NCBI GenBank assembly: GCA_965601925.1
Contig: OZ271854.1
Location: 192,001-256,000, forward strand
DNA length: 64,000 nucleotides
Origin: Alkalispirochaeta sp.
Lineage (GTDB): Bacteria; Spirochaetota; Spirochaetia; DSM-27196; Alkalispirochaetaceae
Direction of reading: 5' to 3'
Of this stretch, positions 31,699-41,467 are shown one piece after another (position 1 is the stretch's first letter; each line of letters opens with the position of its first letter). A model generated the notes under the pieces. It was given only the letters and a program-made list of their open reading frames with translations. It had not been told where the DNA came from and did not search any database. The translations under genes and the position numbers were made by a program.

Positions 31699-32157
31699 GT
31701 GAGCGTGCAAGACATCAGAGAGTTCCAGCAAGCGATTGCCGCGCGGTTGTTGAAGTGGAGCGTTCCGTCGATGGTGGTCGGTGGCCTCTGCCTTTTCGCC
31801 CCGTGGCCGGCGGTGCAAGGCTTCGGCCTCCAGGCGCTCATCTGGGGTGCGATCGACAGCCTTATCGCGGTAACGGTGCTTCATACGGTGTATCGTCGAT
31901 CCGGACGGTATCCTGACGAACATCGCGACATAGCCGAAACCGCGCGAGTCCGCCGCCTGCTTCGCATAAACGGCCGACTCGACATTGTATATGTGCTCGG
32001 CGGAATCGCGATGGTTGCGCTGTGCCGTACCGATCCGTTCTTTGTCGGCAACGGCGTGGGCATCATTGTCCAGGGCTCATTTCTGTCGTTCTTTGATCGT
32101 GTGCACGCCGTCAGGCTGCCATCTCAAGTGCCGCCGTGGTATGATCCGACCCCATGA
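31699..32157 (+). CDS. Hypothetical four-TM membrane protein
   Basis: Four hydrophobic segments (WGAID.., NGRLDIVYV, GIIVQG); ATGA overlap with the hisD-like gene. Confidence 0.75.
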   Translation: MSVQDIREFQQAIAARLLKWSVPSMVVGGLCLFAPWPAVQGFGLQALIWGAIDSLIAVTVLHTVYRRSGRYPDEHRDIAETARVRRLLRINGRLDIVYVLGGIAMVALCRTDPFFVGNGVGIIVQGSFLSFFDRVHAVRLPSQVPPWYDPTP

Positions 32158-33461
32158 ACATCAGGGTATACCGCTGGAAGACGTTGACGGAGGAGGACCG
32201 CCGCAGGATATTGGGTCGTTCACAGACCGATATTACGGCGCTCGTGGAGACGGTGCGCCCTATCGTCGACGATGTGTGCAGCCGCGGAGACACTGCGTTG
32301 GTGGAGCTGACCCACACCTTCGACGGCGCGGATATCGCCGAGCGCGGAGTTGCCGTCGGCCGTCATGAGTTCGACGAGGCGTCGACTCTGATCGACGACA
32401 CGTTAAAGGCGGCCCTCGACTACGCCATCGAGAATGTGCGGCGATTTCACGCCGCGCAGGTACATACGGCGCTGTCGTCGGTCGAGGTTCGTCCGGGCGT
32501 CCTCGCCACCGAACGAGTGACGCCGATAGAGAGCGCGGGATTGTACGTACCGAGCGGACGAGGGAGCTTTCCGTCGATGTTGTACATGCTTGCCGTTCCC
32601 GCCGTACTGGCGGGAGTACCGACGATCGTGGTAACGACTCCGCCGCGGCCGGACGGAACGGTCGATCCCGCGGTGTTGTACGCCGCACGTCGCTGCGGTA
32701 TCGAGCAAGTGTATCGTGTCGGCGGTGCACAGGCGATCGCGGCGCTGGCCCGCGGAACCGAAAGCGTGCCGCCGGTGCGCAAAATCGTCGGACCGGGAAG
32801 CGCCTACGTAGCCGCGGCGAAACGGCTGGTTGCGGACCACGTCGACGTAGGCCTCCCTGCCGGACCGTCGGAATCGATCGTCCTCGCCGACGAGCATGCG
32901 GACCCGTGGCGCGTCGCGTTGGATCTCATGATCGAGGCCGAGCACGGGAGCGACTCGGCCGCCCTCCTGGTAACCGACTCTCCGGCCCTCGCCGATCGAA
33001 CCGCGGAACATATCCGCGCATTAATTAGGGAGGTTCCCGAGCCGCGGCGAACGTTTCTGGAGGACGTATTCGCAGGGTACGGCGGCTTCGTCATCACCGA
33101 GAATGAAGCTCAGAGTGTCGCGTTTGTTAATGAGTTCGCCCCGGAGCATTTGCTCATTCATACCGCAGACCCGCGCGCGCTCTCGACGCGCATCACCAAC
33201 GCCGCCGAGATATTGCTCGGTCCGCATACCGCCTTCAGCTTGGCAAACTACGCGACGGGCCCCAACGCCGTACTACCGACCGGCGGATGGGCCAAGAGTT
33301 GGGGACCGGTGTCGGTTCGCGACTTCCAGAAGAGTGTGACCGTAATCGAGGTGACCGAGACCGGCTACCGCGAGATGGCCGACCACGTTATTCGCCTCGC
33401 CGACCACGAGGGGTTCTTTACCCACGCCGCTGCCTTACGTCGACGGGACGAATCACCATGA
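32154..33461 (+). CDS. hisD: Histidinol dehydrogenase family protein (divergent)
   Basis: GLYVP, GGAQAIAALA.GTES, KIVGPG, PAGPSE, EAEHG, APEHL and LPT motifs; several substrate/Zn ligands are altered. Confidence 0.8.
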   Translation: MNIRVYRWKTLTEEDRRRILGRSQTDITALVETVRPIVDDVCSRGDTALVELTHTFDGADIAERGVAVGRHEFDEASTLIDDTLKAALDYAIENVRRFHAAQVHTALSSVEVRPGVLATERVTPIESAGLYVPSGRGSFPSMLYMLAVPAVLAGVPTIVVTTPPRPDGTVDPAVLYAARRCGIEQVYRVGGAQAIAALARGTESVPPVRKIVGPGSAYVAAAKRLVADHVDVGLPAGPSESIVLADEHADPWRVALDLMIEAEHGSDSAALLVTDSPALADRTAEHIRALIREVPEPRRTFLEDVFAGYGGFVITENEAQSVAFVNEFAPEHLLIHTADPRALSTRITNAAEILLGPHTAFSLANYATGPNAVLPTGGWAKSWGPVSVRDFQKSVTVIEVTETGYREMADHVIRLADHEGFFTHAAALRRRDESP

Positions 33462-34873
33462 ACGGTGACGGCGACCGCTCCGACGCACCGCACGAACCGT
33501 GGAGCGTCGAGACGGTATTCGAGCGCTTCGAGTCGCGCACCAACTTGGAGCGCACGGCGCCCCAGCTGCGTCTGTATCGTCTCGAACGTATGGAGACACT
33601 TCTCACCCGATTGGACGACGTACACCGGGCTCTACCGATCGTGCACCTTGCGGGATCGAAAGGGAAGGGCTCGACCGCCGCGTACGTCGCCTCGCTACTG
33701 GCTGCCGCAGGATACCGCGTGGGGCTGTATACCTCCCCGCACGTCCGCGACTATCGCGAACGTTTTACCGTGATAGCACCGGGAACGGCGGTCGGCGATG
33801 CGGAGCGCGACGCGGCGTTTCTCGACACCGACGGACACCTCGTGGAGCAAGGACGGCGTGTATGGTCGATCGTAGAGGCAATGATCGCCGAGGGCGCCGA
33901 GGAGGACGATCTCCCGACGACGTTCGAACTGTTGACCGCCCTCGCATTCTGTTACTTTCCCGCCGCCGGCTGCGACTGGATAGTCCTGGAGACCGGCATG
34001 GGAGGGAGGCTCGATGCAACTAATGTGTGCGCGCCGGCCCTTACGATGATAACGCGGATCGAGTTGGAACATACCGAGTACTTAGGCGATACCGTAGAGA
34101 AGATCGCCGCGGAAAAGGCGGGCATCATCAAAGAGGGCGTACCGCTTCTGTTGGCGCCTCAGGCGCCGGGGCCCGACGGCGTATTCGACGATGTCGCCGC
34201 GTCGCGCTCCGTGTCGGTGACGCGGGTCACGGAGCTTTCGGGCGCGCCGACGCACCGGGTCGATGCGGGCGCGTTCCGCGGTGAGACGGTCACACTCCCG
34301 CCGTGGGTGGACGGCGGGCACGCGACGCTGGCGATGCTCGGGCGCGTTCACCGCATCAACGCGGCAATGGCTCTGGAGGCGCTCCACAATCTGGTGCAAC
34401 GAGACGTCGTCGCGGCGCCGAGCGCCGAATCGATCCGTCGCGCCCTGGAGTATACCCGTCTCCCGGGGCGAGGAGAGGTACTGGACGAGCTGATCTTGGA
34501 CGGTGCCCACACACCGGAAAGCGCGACGAATCTCGCCTCCTCACTGCGGCAGGCGCTACCCGACGGACGGAAGATTCCCGTTATCATCGGGATCGTCGCC
34601 GGAAAGAATGTCGAGGGTATCGCCCGCGCGTTCTCATCCGTCGCCTCGTGCTTCATCGTCTCGCGCCCCGGACATTTCAAGCCGGGAGACCCGGCGGAGG
34701 TGACGCGCCGCATCGCCGCGTGCGGATTCGATGTGGAACTTGAAGAAGAACCGCGCAGCGCCCTCGAAAAAGCGCGGACGGCGCGTGATTCGGAAGGGAA
34801 TCGGGAGTTACCCATACTGGTAAGCGGCTCATTTTACATGGTCGCGGAAATCCGCCGTCTTGTGTTACCCTGA
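33458..34873 (+). CDS. folC: Folylpolyglutamate synthase / dihydrofolate synthase
   Basis: GSKGKGST, YTSPH, TTFE, LETGMGGRLDATN, EKAGIIK and DGAHT motifs. Confidence 0.93.
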   Translation: MNGDGDRSDAPHEPWSVETVFERFESRTNLERTAPQLRLYRLERMETLLTRLDDVHRALPIVHLAGSKGKGSTAAYVASLLAAAGYRVGLYTSPHVRDYRERFTVIAPGTAVGDAERDAAFLDTDGHLVEQGRRVWSIVEAMIAEGAEEDDLPTTFELLTALAFCYFPAAGCDWIVLETGMGGRLDATNVCAPALTMITRIELEHTEYLGDTVEKIAAEKAGIIKEGVPLLLAPQAPGPDGVFDDVAASRSVSVTRVTELSGAPTHRVDAGAFRGETVTLPPWVDGGHATLAMLGRVHRINAAMALEALHNLVQRDVVAAPSAESIRRALEYTRLPGRGEVLDELILDGAHTPESATNLASSLRQALPDGRKIPVIIGIVAGKNVEGIARAFSSVASCFIVSRPGHFKPGDPAEVTRRIAACGFDVELEEEPRSALEKARTARDSEGNRELPILVSGSFYMVAEIRRLVLP

Positions 34874-34877
34874 TAGT

Positions 34878-35432
34878 ATGGTAAATGCAGTCGGCGACCG
34901 ACTTTCCGTCATACTCGGAGACATCACTACCCGCCGAGTGAACGCGATCGTGAACGCCGCAAACTCGTCGCTCGGCGGCGGCGGCGGCGTAGACGGCGCC
35001 ATTCACGCTGCGGGGGGGCCGACCATCGGACGGGAGTGTCGAGCCTTGCGGGAGAGCACGCTTCCCGACGGTCTCCCGACCGGCGAGGCGGTCGCAACCA
35101 CGGGGGGAGATCTACCGGCTCGCTGGGTCATTCACACCGTCGGTCCGATCTGGCGGGGCGGCGCGCACGATGAAGATGCGCTCCTCGCCCACGCCGTCGA
35201 CGCCTGTTTTTCCGTCGCTCGGCAACTATCGGAGCAAAACGCGGAACCGATACGTTCAATCGCCTTTCCCGCGATCTCCACCGGAGTGTACGGATTTCCG
35301 CGGGAGCGGGCGTACCCAATCATCCGAGACCGCATACTCGCCCAGCTACGGAGCCATACTCTTCCTCAATCGGTCGAACTCGTACTTCACGCACGAAACG
35401 ATCTGGAGTTATATCATAGCGTATGTCCATAA
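34878..35432 (+). CDS. Macro domain protein (YmdB-like O-acetyl-ADP-ribose deacetylase)
   Basis: GDIT, AIVNAANSSLGGGGGVDGAIH, IHTVGP and AFPAISTGVYGFP motifs. Confidence 0.93.
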   Translation: MVNAVGDRLSVILGDITTRRVNAIVNAANSSLGGGGGVDGAIHAAGGPTIGRECRALRESTLPDGLPTGEAVATTGGDLPARWVIHTVGPIWRGGAHDEDALLAHAVDACFSVARQLSEQNAEPIRSIAFPAISTGVYGFPRERAYPIIRDRILAQLRSHTLPQSVELVLHARNDLELYHSVCP

Positions 35433-36886
35433 ATAGCGCCGAGATAGACGGGATTCTCGCGGAGCTCGACCTTACAGGCCAACATATCCAGAAGGTGATT
35501 CAACCCGATTTTCGGAATCTGTATCTGCAGCTCTTTCGTCCCCCCCGGTCGTGGTGGCTGCGCGTATGTCTGGAAAATCCGTATGTGCGCTTTCATGAGA
35601 CGGCGAAACCGCCGCGGGCCAAGCGGAGCCATCAACGATTCGAGGATTTTTTGTGGTCTCGTCTACGCGGGGGACGTGTCGTAGATACCGAACACGTCTA
35701 TCGCGACCGCATCGTCCGCCTCACCGTAGAGCGTGCCGGTGAACGGAGTTTCTTGTACATCCGCCTGTGGGGTTCGCAGGCGAACGTCATCGTCACCGCG
35801 CCCGACGGCACGATTCTCGACGCATTCTTTCGTAAACCGAAACGAGGGATCGAAACGGGTGGTCATTTTGTGCCCGAGAAGCCGCCAAAGGCCGAAAAGC
35901 CGCGGGAGATCCGCCCTATCTCTGCGGGTCGAACGCTCAATAGCGTGATCGACGAGGAGTATCGGACCGCCGAGACGGCACGTGAAAAAGAACGGTTGGT
36001 CGCGCGATGCCGGCGGGCTCTAGACAAGCAAAGGCGCCGGCTCTCTACTCGCTTGAGTGAACTCGAAGCGGGGCTGGCCGACGCGTCTTCAAACGATCGC
36101 AATCGCCACTACGGCGACCTCATTCTCGCCAACCTTCATGGTACCCGCACCGGAGAGCGCTGGATAGAAGTCGCAGACTATGCCGACGGTAATCGTACGT
36201 TGAGGATCGAGCTCGACCCGACCCGGCCGCCTGCGGACAATGCCAAAGCCTACTACGACCGAGCCCGACGCGCCGAGGACAAGGCGAACCTCCTGGAGGA
36301 AAACGCGGCCAACGTTCGTACGCGCCTTCACGCCGTAGAACGGAGACTGGAGCGTCTCGACGACATGGAACCGTCGGATCTTCGTCGCATGGCGAGCGAG
36401 GTGGAACCGGCGACGGCGAGTCGGTCCGATCGCGCCGCTCTTCCGGGCCTCGAGTTCGAGTCGAACGGCTTCCGAATCCTCGTGGGGCGAAATGCGCGCG
36501 AGAACGACCACCTCCTTCGCCGAGCGGTACGAGGAAACGATTGGTGGCTCCACACGCGCGACTACCCGGGCGGCTATGTGTTCGTCCTCAACCGTCCGGG
36601 CAAGAGCGTGCCGTTGGAGGCGCTCTTAGATGCCGGAAATCTTGCGCTGTTTTTCAGCAAAGCGCGCGCGAACGGACGCGCCGATCTCTACTATACTCAA
36701 GTTAAGTATCTCCGCCGCGCCAAACACGCACCCGTCGGCTTGGTCATCCCGACACAAGAGAAAAACTTGGCCGTGGAGCTCGACGAGAATCGTCTGTCGC
36801 GCCTCGGAATCGGTCTGGGGCTGTCGGGCGAGGTCGCAACGCAGTCCGGGAACGGAAAAGACCGCGTGGGTTACCGGGACGGCTAA
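35423..36886 (+). CDS. rqcH: NFACT family protein (RqcH/Rqc2/FbpA-like)
   Basis: NFACT-N (G.HIQKV.QP, DRIV), coiled coil (GDLILAN, ELDP...NAKAYY) and NFACT-R (VGRNAREND, WLHTRDYPG, YTQVKYLRR). Confidence 0.88.
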   Translation: MSINSAEIDGILAELDLTGQHIQKVIQPDFRNLYLQLFRPPRSWWLRVCLENPYVRFHETAKPPRAKRSHQRFEDFLWSRLRGGRVVDTEHVYRDRIVRLTVERAGERSFLYIRLWGSQANVIVTAPDGTILDAFFRKPKRGIETGGHFVPEKPPKAEKPREIRPISAGRTLNSVIDEEYRTAETAREKERLVARCRRALDKQRRRLSTRLSELEAGLADASSNDRNRHYGDLILANLHGTRTGERWIEVADYADGNRTLRIELDPTRPPADNAKAYYDRARRAEDKANLLEENAANVRTRLHAVERRLERLDDMEPSDLRRMASEVEPATASRSDRAALPGLEFESNGFRILVGRNARENDHLLRRAVRGNDWWLHTRDYPGGYVFVLNRPGKSVPLEALLDAGNLALFFSKARANGRADLYYTQVKYLRRAKHAPVGLVIPTQEKNLAVELDENRLSRLGIGLGLSGEVATQSGNGKDRVGYRDG

Positions 36887-36944
36887 GGGCGGATCGTTCA
36901 TATGGTGCGGATGATAGAGAAGATGGAGCATTGAGGTTGTACTG

Positions 36945-37754
36945 ATGGTCCGTCCGATGGTAGTGGATGGGTTTTTGTACCCTTCCGACCCGGCAGCGTT
37001 GAAATCTCGACTTCAGCGAGCGTTCATAGAAGCTCGCGTGACGCGCAATCACGCCTCGGTCGTCGTGGCACCCTACGGCTCCTACGACTTGATGCTCTCA
37101 TACATCGCCGGTAGTCTGCGCGCCACCAACATCTCCGACCCGGAGTTCGTGTTGCTCCTCGCCCCGCCGGACGCCGAGGTGTGGAACCGCATCCTCATAC
37201 CGGAATCCGACGCGTTTGAGACTCCCTTCGGCGAGATTCCGGTTCAACGAGAGATCTGCGATTCCCTGGCGGCCGCCGACGAGCTGTTCGCGGTGGACGA
37301 GATTGCACACCTCCAGAATCACAGTATCGAGGTCTTTCTGCCGGCGATACACTACCTCTTCGGGCCGGTACCCATCGTGCCGCTTCTGGTCGGGCACATC
37401 TCCGGCGAGAAACTGGTCACCGCGCACTCGCATCTGACCCGCATTACCCGCGAGGCGCGGAATCTCGTCGTCGCCGGAGCCAATCTGAGTGGATTTACCG
37501 ACCCCTCGGAGGCGGACGGACGGGCGCGCAAAATCATTCGCCTTATCATGACCGGCCCGGGCCAGAAAATCCTCGAAAACCTCGACACGTTGGAGGACGC
37601 TCCGCGTTCCTTGTCGACGATCGTTCTGTCGCACCTTTTGGCGGGCGAAGAGTGTCGCCCCACGGTACTCGCCCGTGGTACCTTTGAGACGGAAGTCGAA
37701 GGTCACGTCGGTGGCGTCGTGTTTGCGTCCATCGCGTACTTCCACGGGGCATAA
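36945..37754 (+). CDS. MEMO1-family (AmmeMemoRadiSam protein B-like) protein, degenerate
   Basis: VRP..V.G.LYP, ETPFG, HSIEVFLP, IVPLLVG and terminal VxFAS; the canonical His/Asp/Cys residues are lost. Confidence 0.8.
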   Translation: MVRPMVVDGFLYPSDPAALKSRLQRAFIEARVTRNHASVVVAPYGSYDLMLSYIAGSLRATNISDPEFVLLLAPPDAEVWNRILIPESDAFETPFGEIPVQREICDSLAAADELFAVDEIAHLQNHSIEVFLPAIHYLFGPVPIVPLLVGHISGEKLVTAHSHLTRITREARNLVVAGANLSGFTDPSEADGRARKIIRLIMTGPGQKILENLDTLEDAPRSLSTIVLSHLLAGEECRPTVLARGTFETEVEGHVGGVVFASIAYFHGA

Positions 37755-37775
37755 CGCCCGGATGCGAGTGAGGCA

Positions 37776-39200
37776 ATGAATATTACACGACAAACCGACG
37801 ACCGTATCGTCGTTACGAGCGAGGATCGCACACTTTTGGGGATACGGACGGGAATCGCAGCCCGCGGGTTCGGCGCGCAACGCATGAGTGCCGTTGCGCG
37901 GCGCGGCGGCACACTCATCGGCGGCGACCGATTCGAGTCGTGGCCCGTGGAACGACTCGTGGAGAGTGACGGGGAGTTCTACCTGTGCGGCCCACGACAC
38001 GAGGGAAAAACGATCGCGGAGTTGCTGGACGACGCCGCGGCCGACGTCACCGATTGGCTTCCGCTCCTCCTCGACGCGCTCCGTCGCGCCCTCGTCCACG
38101 ACGATCTGGCGCTCTGCAATATTTCGACGTCCCTGGTCACCGACGACGGCCGCGTACTCTTTCTCGACGCCGAACTCGCATCGACGATACATACCAATCT
38201 CCCCCTCGACGAACGGCGAAGAGTCTATGCACCGTATCGCTACGATACGTTGCGCGGCGTCGATGCGCACATATACCACGCGCTGGCGATCGCCTACCAC
38301 GCCCTCGCCGGCGTTGCGGTCTGCCCGCCGGACGAAGGGGACGCGGGCGACACGTCGACGGAGTGCCATTCATCGGCGCTCGTGAAAACTCCGATGCGCT
38401 TTCATAATCCGGCGTTGCGCGCCGAGTTGTGCGTAGCGATCGAAGGCGGTCTCTCCCGGTCGGAAAAGCGGTCGCCGGAGCTCCTTGACGAGATCGCGGC
38501 GCTACTTCGAGCGGGTCCCGCCGAAGAATCCATCGATTCTCGAGAGGCGACCGACAGACGTAATGCCGCCCGGGAGATGGTCGAGGCGAACAGCGTCAGA
38601 GTGCGCCGCCGCACATTTTGGCGCAAGCGCGGAATGACGGTGCTGGCCGTATCCGTCGCGCTCTTGGTTGTCGGAATCGTCCCGTATAGGATCATAGCCG
38701 GTAGGCTTGAGGCGCCGGCGACCGTCGGAATGGGTCCCCGTGAGGTGGCGCGGACGTTCTACGATGCGTGGAATGATCTCGACCACATCCTCATGGAGGA
38801 TACGCTCGCCGACGGCGTGGGGCGCGGGGTAATACGCGAGGTGACCAACGTATATGTCATAGATCGAGTGCAAACCGCTCATACGTGGGAGAGTCTTCTG
38901 CTACCGGCCGACGAATGGCTGGACGCCGGCAGACCGGTCGGGAGAATGCCGTACGGCGTGGCGGAACTCGACCTTCGCCTCGTAACCGAAGGAGCGGACA
39001 CCGCCACGGTGCACGCGCAGTACGATGTGTGGCGACCGGAAAGCGTCGACACGCCGGACGGAACCGGCTCCACCGTCGCGGTGAGGACGCCGATCTCCGA
39101 GCGTCTCCTCCTCGCCCGCGGCCGCCATAGTTGGGAAATCATCGAAATACGGACCAGCGTCGACGGCGAGAGGGAGCGCGTCCCCATCAATCTCCGGTAA
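37776..39200 (+). CDS. Single-pass membrane protein with N-terminal kinase-like domain
   Basis: VHDDL..CN...LVTDDGRVLFLD and YAP...D..IY....AY.ALAG resemble kinase subdomains VIb-IX; TM VLAVSVALLVVGIV; C-terminal extracytoplasmic domain. Confidence 0.6.
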   Translation: MNITRQTDDRIVVTSEDRTLLGIRTGIAARGFGAQRMSAVARRGGTLIGGDRFESWPVERLVESDGEFYLCGPRHEGKTIAELLDDAAADVTDWLPLLLDALRRALVHDDLALCNISTSLVTDDGRVLFLDAELASTIHTNLPLDERRRVYAPYRYDTLRGVDAHIYHALAIAYHALAGVAVCPPDEGDAGDTSTECHSSALVKTPMRFHNPALRAELCVAIEGGLSRSEKRSPELLDEIAALLRAGPAEESIDSREATDRRNAAREMVEANSVRVRRRTFWRKRGMTVLAVSVALLVVGIVPYRIIAGRLEAPATVGMGPREVARTFYDAWNDLDHILMEDTLADGVGRGVIREVTNVYVIDRVQTAHTWESLLLPADEWLDAGRPVGRMPYGVAELDLRLVTEGADTATVHAQYDVWRPESVDTPDGTGSTVAVRTPISERLLLARGRHSWEIIEIRTSVDGERERVPINLR

Positions 39201-40443
39201 CGGCGCTGAGCAGATAGGAGATCAGGCCCGATCCGATAAAGATACCGCCTCCGATCATGAGCCCGGTTCCGGCTCCGCCGTCGCCGAGATCGCCGAACGA
39301 TCCCACGTCGTCGGAGTGCCACGCGGTAGCGAGTCCCGCTATCTCCAACGCTATACCGACTCCCATGAACCAGTGCCCGGCGACACGCCACTGCGCGGCT
39401 TGTCCTTCCACATCGGGCGAAATCAACGTACGGATACGGTCGTCGGGAAGCGGTTCCTGGAGCTCTACGGCGTCGGGTTCGCGCGCTACGACCTCTTCGG
39501 TATCCTCGGCCGCCGGGTCATCGGACGAATGGAGCAAGCCCTCCCGACGGAGCCGTTGGAGCTCCTCGTACTGCAAGCGCTCCTGGGTCAACTCTTCTAC
39601 CCGGGCGTTGATACCCGGAAAGACGGCCTCGACCTGATCGGGCTCTACCGCATCGCGCTGAAAGTCACGCTCGGTCCAGAACTGCTCGATCTCCTCCTGG
39701 AGAGACTCCGTTTGAAAGACGATCGGGCGTGCCGGCGCTCCGTCCGGCCGGACTCGATCGCCGCGCGGTTCATCGGGTAGCGCCGGCCGTACGGCGTCGG
39801 TTGCAAGAGAAGCGGGCACTTCGGTGACGACACTCACCATCTCCTCGGCGGTCAGCCGAACGGTCTGTGGTGTCGCGCCCGTATCCGCACCCTCGGCATC
39901 GGCCTCGACCGCGATGTTCTCCGAGACCTCGACTTCACCCTCGAAGACGTACACTCGTGTCTGAAGCTCGTTCGTCGCATCGCGCTCTACGACCATATCG
40001 TACCCGAAGTCGGTACCGCGCACGCCGGCAACGGCGGTAAAGCCTCGAATTTCAAACGTTTCGTTCGTTGTGATACGTTCCACTCGAGCGCGCAGGCGTC
40101 CGTAATTCATGTTGAACGTTCCCCCGCCGGCGCCACCTAAACTCTCGATTTCAAAGGTGGTGTTTTCAGCTACTTTTACGATCGTACGCGACGGCATCAC
40201 TTGGATCTCGACGAAGGTATCACCGCCGGTTTGTACCAAGTCTCCCGCCAAGAGGGGCATGCCGAGCACATCATCGACCAACACGTCGTACGTGCTCAGC
40301 TCACCGTTTCGAAAGATGGAAAGATCGAAGCCCTCGGCGTATATGACGAAGGCGTACGTATCGCTCTGGGCCGCCACGGCGGAGGAGACGCCGAAAAGGA
40401 GGGCGAGACACAGAACGAACGACACCGATCTATTCGGCTTCAT
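39187..40443 (-). CDS. FecR domain-containing protein with C-terminal TM hairpin
   Basis: Signal peptide; GDLVQTG, KVAENT, AVAGVRGTDF and VFEGEVEV motifs; two C-terminal hydrophobic helices. Confidence 0.8.
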   Translation of the reverse strand: MKPNRSVSFVLCLALLFGVSSAVAAQSDTYAFVIYAEGFDLSIFRNGELSTYDVLVDDVLGMPLLAGDLVQTGGDTFVEIQVMPSRTIVKVAENTTFEIESLGGAGGGTFNMNYGRLRARVERITTNETFEIRGFTAVAGVRGTDFGYDMVVERDATNELQTRVYVFEGEVEVSENIAVEADAEGADTGATPQTVRLTAEEMVSVVTEVPASLATDAVRPALPDEPRGDRVRPDGAPARPIVFQTESLQEEIEQFWTERDFQRDAVEPDQVEAVFPGINARVEELTQERLQYEELQRLRREGLLHSSDDPAAEDTEEVVAREPDAVELQEPLPDDRIRTLISPDVEGQAAQWRVAGHWFMGVGIALEIAGLATAWHSDDVGSFGDLGDGGAGTGLMIGGGIFIGSGLISYLLSAVTGD

Positions 40444-40519
40444 ACTACAACTGTAGCCCGTGTAGACCGGAATCACAATATCGCTTGAAGGAGGCGATGT
40501 TTCCGAGTACTTTTCTGCA

Positions 40520-41467
40520 ATGGCGCTTAGTCCGAGTGCGATCCACCTATCTGTCGGCGATGCGGAGATCAACGCGATCATCCGGAGAGAGGTCGGCGGC
40601 GGCGTCTCGTATACGCGCCATTTCAACCAAGGGGAGGACTTTTTTCTCAAACTGGGGACCGACTTCGTCGTGCCGTCACTCCCGATCCACCACGATGTTC
40701 GACAACGGGAACCGGAGCCGGCTTATCTTAAGACGATCGGCGGTCTGATGGATACGCTGCAAGGGTTGATCCCCGACATCTTCGAAGGCCTCACCTACGT
40801 ATTTAACCCGACCGAAGTGCTACGCCCGATGTTTTTCCAACTCTTTCGCGTCGACGGCGACGGCTATCTCTACATAGTGAAGCTCGATTTGGTATGCCGC
40901 CCACAGAACCATCATATCGTCGAAAGGGGCACCAACGACGCCACGCCGGTCTATCGTACCAACGAGCTCATCGTCGAGGCCGACATCGTTCCCTTGAGCG
41001 AAATCCTCTCCGAGGACGGGCGGACCACCGGCGTGGTCGCCGAGCAACTTATCTCGGACACGTGGATCGGTGAGACGGGAAGAGGTTACTTTGTTCAGGG
41101 TATCTGGTTGGACACCGACCTTACCAAGTTCTTTTCCAAGTTGTTCGTCCCGGCGGGCAAGCGAATCTATCCGTACTATCCCTTCAACAGCAAGTACCGC
41201 AGCGTATGCCACCGCCCCATCGCCCTCGGGCTCGCCGAGAGGAGGCGCGCGGTCCCGATTCTCCACCACGTCAAAGAATTTCTCAAACCGCACCTTGAAC
41301 GCATCGAGCGCGTATTGCGGGAACAGGAGTTTTCCGACGCATTACCGGAGTTTCAGGAGATACGGTCCACCGTTCCCGGGGAGTGGATGCAGTGGTTGGA
41401 GCCGGTCACGCTTTCGGTCTATCTCAATGAAGAGGACATGAAGGAGTTCGAAATCGTTGACTCATAA
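40520..41467 (+). CDS. Conserved-looking hypothetical cytoplasmic protein
   Basis: 315-aa ORF with genome-typical codon usage and aromatic-rich motifs (TWIGETGRGY, GIWLD, YPYYPF); overlaps the murD start. Confidence 0.8.
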   Translation: MALSPSAIHLSVGDAEINAIIRREVGGGVSYTRHFNQGEDFFLKLGTDFVVPSLPIHHDVRQREPEPAYLKTIGGLMDTLQGLIPDIFEGLTYVFNPTEVLRPMFFQLFRVDGDGYLYIVKLDLVCRPQNHHIVERGTNDATPVYRTNELIVEADIVPLSEILSEDGRTTGVVAEQLISDTWIGETGRGYFVQGIWLDTDLTKFFSKLFVPAGKRIYPYYPFNSKYRSVCHRPIALGLAERRRAVPILHHVKEFLKPHLERIERVLREQEFSDALPEFQEIRSTVPGEWMQWLEPVTLSVYLNEEDMKEFEIVDS

